Source: Nemertoderma westbladi | Lineage: Eukaryota; Animalia; Xenacoelomorpha | Length of the DNA: 42,242 nucleotides | Assembly: GCA_032718475.1 (NCBI GenBank) | Contig: JAUCBJ010007741.1 | Coordinates: 1 to 42,242 of the forward strand | Direction: 5' to 3' | Shown: piece after piece, positions 37,001 to 42,242 of the stretch | Layout of the letters: the number at the start of each line of letters is the position of its first letter | Position numbering within the stretch: the first letter of the stretch is position 1 | Notes under the pieces: generated by a model | What the model saw: only the letters and a program-made list of their open reading frames with translations | The model's database searches: none | What the model was told of the DNA's origin: nothing | Position numbers and translations under genes: made by a program

Positions 37001-40000
37001 TCCTTACTTTATTCCCCCAACCACTCCTTACTTTATTCCCCCAACCACTCCTTACTTTATTCCCCCAACCACTCCTTAGTTTATCCCCCCAACCACTCCT
37101 TACTTTATTCCTAGGTATTCTCTCCTTTGCTTTATTTCCCCAACCACTCCCTACTTTATTTCCCCAACCAATCCTTACTTTATTCCCCCAACCACTCCTT
37201 ACTTTATTTCCCTAACCACTCCTTACTTTATTCTTAGGGATTCTTACCTTTATTTTATTTCCCCAACCACTCCCTACTTTCTTTCCCCAACCACTCCTTA
37301 CTTTATTCCTAGGTATTCTCTCCTTTGCTTTATTTCCCCAACCACTCCCTACTTTATTTCCCCAACCAATCCTTACTTTATTCCCCCAACCACTCCTTAC
37401 TTTATTCCCCCAACCACTCCTTACTTTATTTCCCCAACCACTTCTTACTTTATTTCCCTAACCACTCCTTACTTTATTCCTAGGGATTCTCACCTTTATT
37501 TTATTTCCCCAACCACTCCCTACTTTCTTTCCCTAACCACTCCTTACTTTATTCCTAGGGATTCTCACCTTTATTTTATTTCCCCAACCACTCCCTACTT
37601 TATTTCCCCAACCAATCCTTACTTTATTCCCCCAACCACTCCTTACTTTATTTCCCTAACCACTCCTTACTTTATTCCTAGGGATTCTCACCTTTATTTT
37701 ATTTCCCCAACCACTCCCTACTTTCTTTCCCCAACCACTCCTTACTTTATTCCTAGGTATTCTCTCCTTTGCTTTATTTCCCCAACCACTCCCTACTTTA
37801 TTTCCCCAACCAATCCTTACTTTATTCCCCCAACCACTCCTTACTTTATTCCCCCAACCACTCCTTAGTTTATTCCCCCAACCCCTCCTTACTTTACTTC
37901 CCTAACCACTCCTTACTTTATTCCCCCATCCACTCCTTACTTTATTTCCCCAACCACTCCTTACTTTATTCCCCCAACCACTCCTTACTTTATTTCCCCA
38001 ACCACTCCTTACTTTATTCCCCCAACCACTCCTTAGTTTATTCCCCCAACCACTCCTTACTTTAATCCCCCAACCACTCCTTACTTTATTCCCCCAACCA
38101 CTCCTTACTTTATTCCCCCAACCACTCCTTAGTTTATCCCCCCAACCACTCCTTACTTTATTCCCCCAACCACTCCTTACTTCATTCCCCCAACAACTCC
38201 TTACTTTATTCCCCCAACCACTCCTTACTTCATTCCCCCAACAACTCCTTACTTTATTCCCCCAACCACTCCTTACTTTATTCCCCCAACCACTCCTTAC
38301 TTTATTACCCCAACCACTCCTTACTTTATTTCCCCAACCACTCCTTACTTTATTCCCCCAACCACTCCTTACTTTATTTCCCCAACCACTCCTTACTTTA
38401 TTTTATTCCCCCAACCACTCCTTACTTTATTCCCCCAACCACTCCTTACTTTATTTTATTCCCCCAACCACTCCTTACTTTATTCCCCCAACCACTCCTT
38501 ACTTTATTTTATTCCCCCAACCACTCCTTACTTTATTTTATTCCCCCAACCACTCCTTACTTTATTCCCCCAACCACTCCTTACTTTATTTTATTCCCCC
38601 AACCACTCCTTACTTTATTCCCCCAACCACTCCTTACTTTATTCCCCCAACCACTCCTTACTTTATTCCCCCAACCACTCCTTACTTTATTTTATTCCCC
38701 CAACCACTCCTTACTTTATTCCCCCAACCACTCCTTACTTTATTCCCCCAACCACTCCTTACTTTATTCCCCCAACCACTCCTTAGTTTATCCCCCCAAC
38801 CACTCCTTACTTTATTCCTAGGTATTCTCTCCTTTGCTTTATTTCCCCAACCACTCCCTACTTTATTTCCCCAACCAATCCTTACTTTATTCCCCCAACC
38901 ACTCCTTACTTTATTTCCCTAACCACTCCTTACTTTATTCCTAGGGATTCTCACCTTTATTTTATTTCCCCAACCACTCCCTACTTTCTTTCCCCAACCA
39001 CTCCTTACTTTATTCCTAGGTATTCTCTCCTTTGCTTTATTTCCCCAACCACTCCCTACTTTATTTCCCCAACCAATCCTTACTTTATTCCCCCAACCAC
39101 TCCTTACTTTATTCCCCCAACCACTCCTTACTTTATTTCCCCAACCACTTCTTACTTTATTTCCCTAACCACTCCTTACTTTATTCCTAGGGATTATCAC
39201 CTTTATTTTATTTCCCCAACCACTCCCTACTTTCTTTCCCTAACCACTCCTTACTTTATTCCTAGGGATTCTCACCTTTATTTTATTTCCCCAACCACTC
39301 CCTACTTTATTTCCCCAACCAATCCTTACTTTATTCCCCCAACCACTCCTTACTTTATTTCCCTAACCACTCCTTACTTTATTCCTAGGGATTCTCACCT
39401 TTATTTTATTTCCCCAACCACTCCCTACTTTCTTTCCCCAACCACTCCTTACTTTATTCCTAGGTATTCTCTCCTTTGCTTTATTTCCCCAACCACTCCC
39501 TACTTTATTTCCCCAACCAATCCTTACTTTATTCCCCCAACCACTCCTTACTTTATTCCCCCAACCACTCCTTACTTTATTTCCCCAACCACTTCTTACT
39601 TTATTTCCCTAACCACTCCTTACTTTATTCCTAGGGATTCTCACCTTTATTTTATTTCCCCAACCACTCCCTACTTTCTTTCCCTAACCACTCCTTACTT
39701 TATTCCTAGGGATTCTCACCTTTATTTTATTTCCCCAACCACTCCCTACTTTCTTTCCCCAACCACTCCTTACTTTATTCCTAGGGATTTTCTCCTTTAT
39801 TTTATTCCCCCAACCACTCCTTACTTTATTCCCCCAACCCCTCCTTTCTTTATTTCCCCAACCACTCCTTACTTTATTCCTAGGTATTCTCTCCTTTGCT
39901 TTATTTCCCCAACCACTCCCTACTTTATTTCCCCAACCAATCCTTACTTTATTCCCCCAACCACTCCTTACTTTATTTCCCTAACCACTCCTTACTTTAT

Positions 40001-42242
40001 TCCTAGGGATTCTCACCTTTATTTTATTTCCCCAACCACTCCCTACTTTCTTTCCCCAACCACTCCTTACTTTATTCCTAGGGATTTTCTCCTTTATTTT
40101 ATTCCCCCAACCACTCCTTACTTTATTCCCCCAACCCCTCCTTACTTTATTTCCCTAACCACTCCTTACTTTATTCCTAGGGATTCTCTCCTTTATTTTA
40201 TTCCCCCAACCACTCCTTACTTTATTCACCCAACCCCTCCTTACTTTATTCCCCCAACCACTCCTTACTTTATTTCCCCAACCACTCCTTAGTTTATTCC
40301 CCCAACCACTCCTTACTTTATTTCCCTAACCACTCCTTACATTATTACCCCAACCACTCCTTACTTTATTCCCCCAACCACTCCTTACTTTATTCCCCCA
40401 ACCACTCCTTACTTTATTTCCCCAACCACTCCTTACTTTATTCCCCCAACCACTCCTTAGTTTTTCCCCCAACCACTCCTTACTTTATTCCCCCAACCAC
40501 TCCTTACTTTATTCCCCCAACCACTCCTTACTTTATTCCCCCAACCACTCCTTAGTTTATCCCCCCAACCACTCCTTACTTTATTTCCCTAACCACTCCT
40601 TACTTTATTACCCCAACCACTCCTTACTTTATTCCCCCAACCACTCCTTACTTTATTCCCCCAACCACTCCTTACTTTATTCCCCCAACCACTCCTTACT
40701 TTATTCCCCCAACCACTCCTTAGTTTATCCCCCCAACCACTCCCTACTTTATTCCCCCAACCACTCCTTACTTTATTCCCCCAACCACTCCTTACTTTAT
40801 TTCCCTAACCACTCCTTACTTTATTCCCCCAACCACTCCTTACTTTATTCCCCCCAACCCCTCCTTACTTTATTTCCCTAACCACTCCTTACTTTATTCC
40901 TCCAACCACTCCTTACTTTATTTCCCTAACCACTCCTTACTTTATTCCCCCAACCACTCCTTACTTTATTCCCCCAACCACTCCTTACTTTATTACCCCA
41001 ACCACTCCCTACTTTATTCCCCCAACCACTCCTTACTTTATTCCCCCAACCACTCCTTACTTTATTCCCCCAACCACTCCTTACTTTATTCCCCCAACCA
41101 CTCCTTACTTTATTCCCCCAACCACTCCTTAGTTTATTCCCTCAACCCCTCCTTACTTTATTTCCCTAACCACTCCTTACTTTATTTCCCTAACCACTCC
41201 TTACTTTATCCCCCCAACCACTCCTTACTTTATTCCCCCAACCACTCCTTAGTTTAATCCCCCAACCCCTCCTTACTTTACTTCCCTAACCACTCCTTAC
41301 TTTATTCCCCCATCCACTCCTTACTTTATTTCCCCAACCACTCCTTACTTTATTCCCCCAACCACTCCTTACTTTATTTCCCCAACCACTCCTTACTTTA
41401 TTCCCCCAACCACTCCTTAGTTTATCCCCCCAACCACTCCTTACTTTATTCCCCCAACCAATCCTTACTTTATTCCCCCAACCACTCCTTACTTTATTCC
41501 TAGGTATTCTCTCCTTTATTTTATTTCCCTAACCACTCCTTACTTTATTCCTAGGTATTCTCTCCTTTGCTTTATTTCCCCAACCACTCCCTACTTTATT
41601 TCCCCAACCACTCCCTACTTTATTCCCCCAACCAATCATTACTTTATCCCCCCAACCACTCCTTACTTTATTCCCCCAACCACTCCTTACTTCATTCCCC
41701 CAACAACTCCTTACTTTATTCCCCCAACCACTCCTTACTTCATTCCCCCAACAACTCCTTACTTTATTCCCCCAACCACTCCTTACTTTATTCCCCCAAC
41801 CACTCCTTACTTTATTACCCCAACCACTCGTTACTTTATTTCCCCAACCACTCCTTACTTTATTCCCCCAACCACTCCTTACTTTATTTCCCCAACCACT
41901 CCTTACTTTATTTTATTCCCCCAACCACTCCTTACTTTATTCCCCCAACCACTCCTTACTTTATTTTATTCCCCCAACCACTCCTTACTTTATTCCCCCA
42001 ACCACTCCTTACTTTATTCCCCCAACCACTCCTTACTTTATTCCCCCAACCACTCCTTACTTTATTTTATTCCCCCAACCACTCCTTACTTTATTCCCCC
42101 AACCACTCCTTACTTTATTTTATTCCCCCAACCACTCCTTACTTTATTCCCCCAACCACTCCTTACTTTATTCCCCCAACCACTCCTTACTTTATTCCCC
42201 CAACCACTCCTTATTTTATTTTATTCCCCCAACCACTCCTTA
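28017..42242. repeat. 24-bp satellite (ACTTTATTCCCCCAACCACTCCTT), >14 kb, with higher-order structure; truncated by the window end
   Basis: Directly visible. Variant units (CCTAGGGATTCTC..., TTATTTTATT, CCCTAACC) recur in blocks. Confidence 0.98.

Noticed and set aside
27952-38065. FPQPLLTL / PNHSLLYS / PPTTPYFI repeat ORFs
   Set aside because: Three frames of the same 24-bp satellite, with frequent frameshifts and stops.
30260-42242. Telomere or subtelomere (CCCTAA within variant units)
   Set aside because: CCCTAA is an isolated point variant and is never tandem. The C-rich strand on + is the wrong orientation for a chromosome end to the right.

Overview
This is an AT-rich eukaryotic window, most likely from an invertebrate animal; it is not prokaryotic and has no CRISPR array or operon. 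It contains two real genes, both on the + strand. The first is an intronless, CpG-rich DPY19/DPY19L1-type tryptophan C-mannosyltransferase (6747-8969). The second is the first coding exon of an SLC7 L-type amino-acid transporter light chain (25716-26193), preceded about 2.5 kb upstream by a candidate promoter (3 CCAAT boxes, RFX X-box, GC box, ATF4/CARE site, TATA and Inr). About half of the window is tandem repeat: a 37-bp satellite (~5.4 kb), a 74-bp minisatellite (12 copies), a 17-bp minisatellite, and a 24-bp satellite (>14 kb, running off the window) that apparently lies in the SLC7 intron. The rest is a mosaic of transposon debris: Helentron/DINE-1/pearl-like non-autonomous elements carrying CTCF-like motifs, three MITEs with clear TIRs and TSDs, LINE fragments, tRNA-derived SINE-like pieces, long palindromes and a Penelope-type minimal hammerhead ribozyme. 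The long 'ORFs' inside the satellites are artefacts. I did not find a clearly new multi-gene system. The best leads are the intronless, motif-altered DPY19, the ATF4/RFX promoter, the hammerhead and the repeat architecture.
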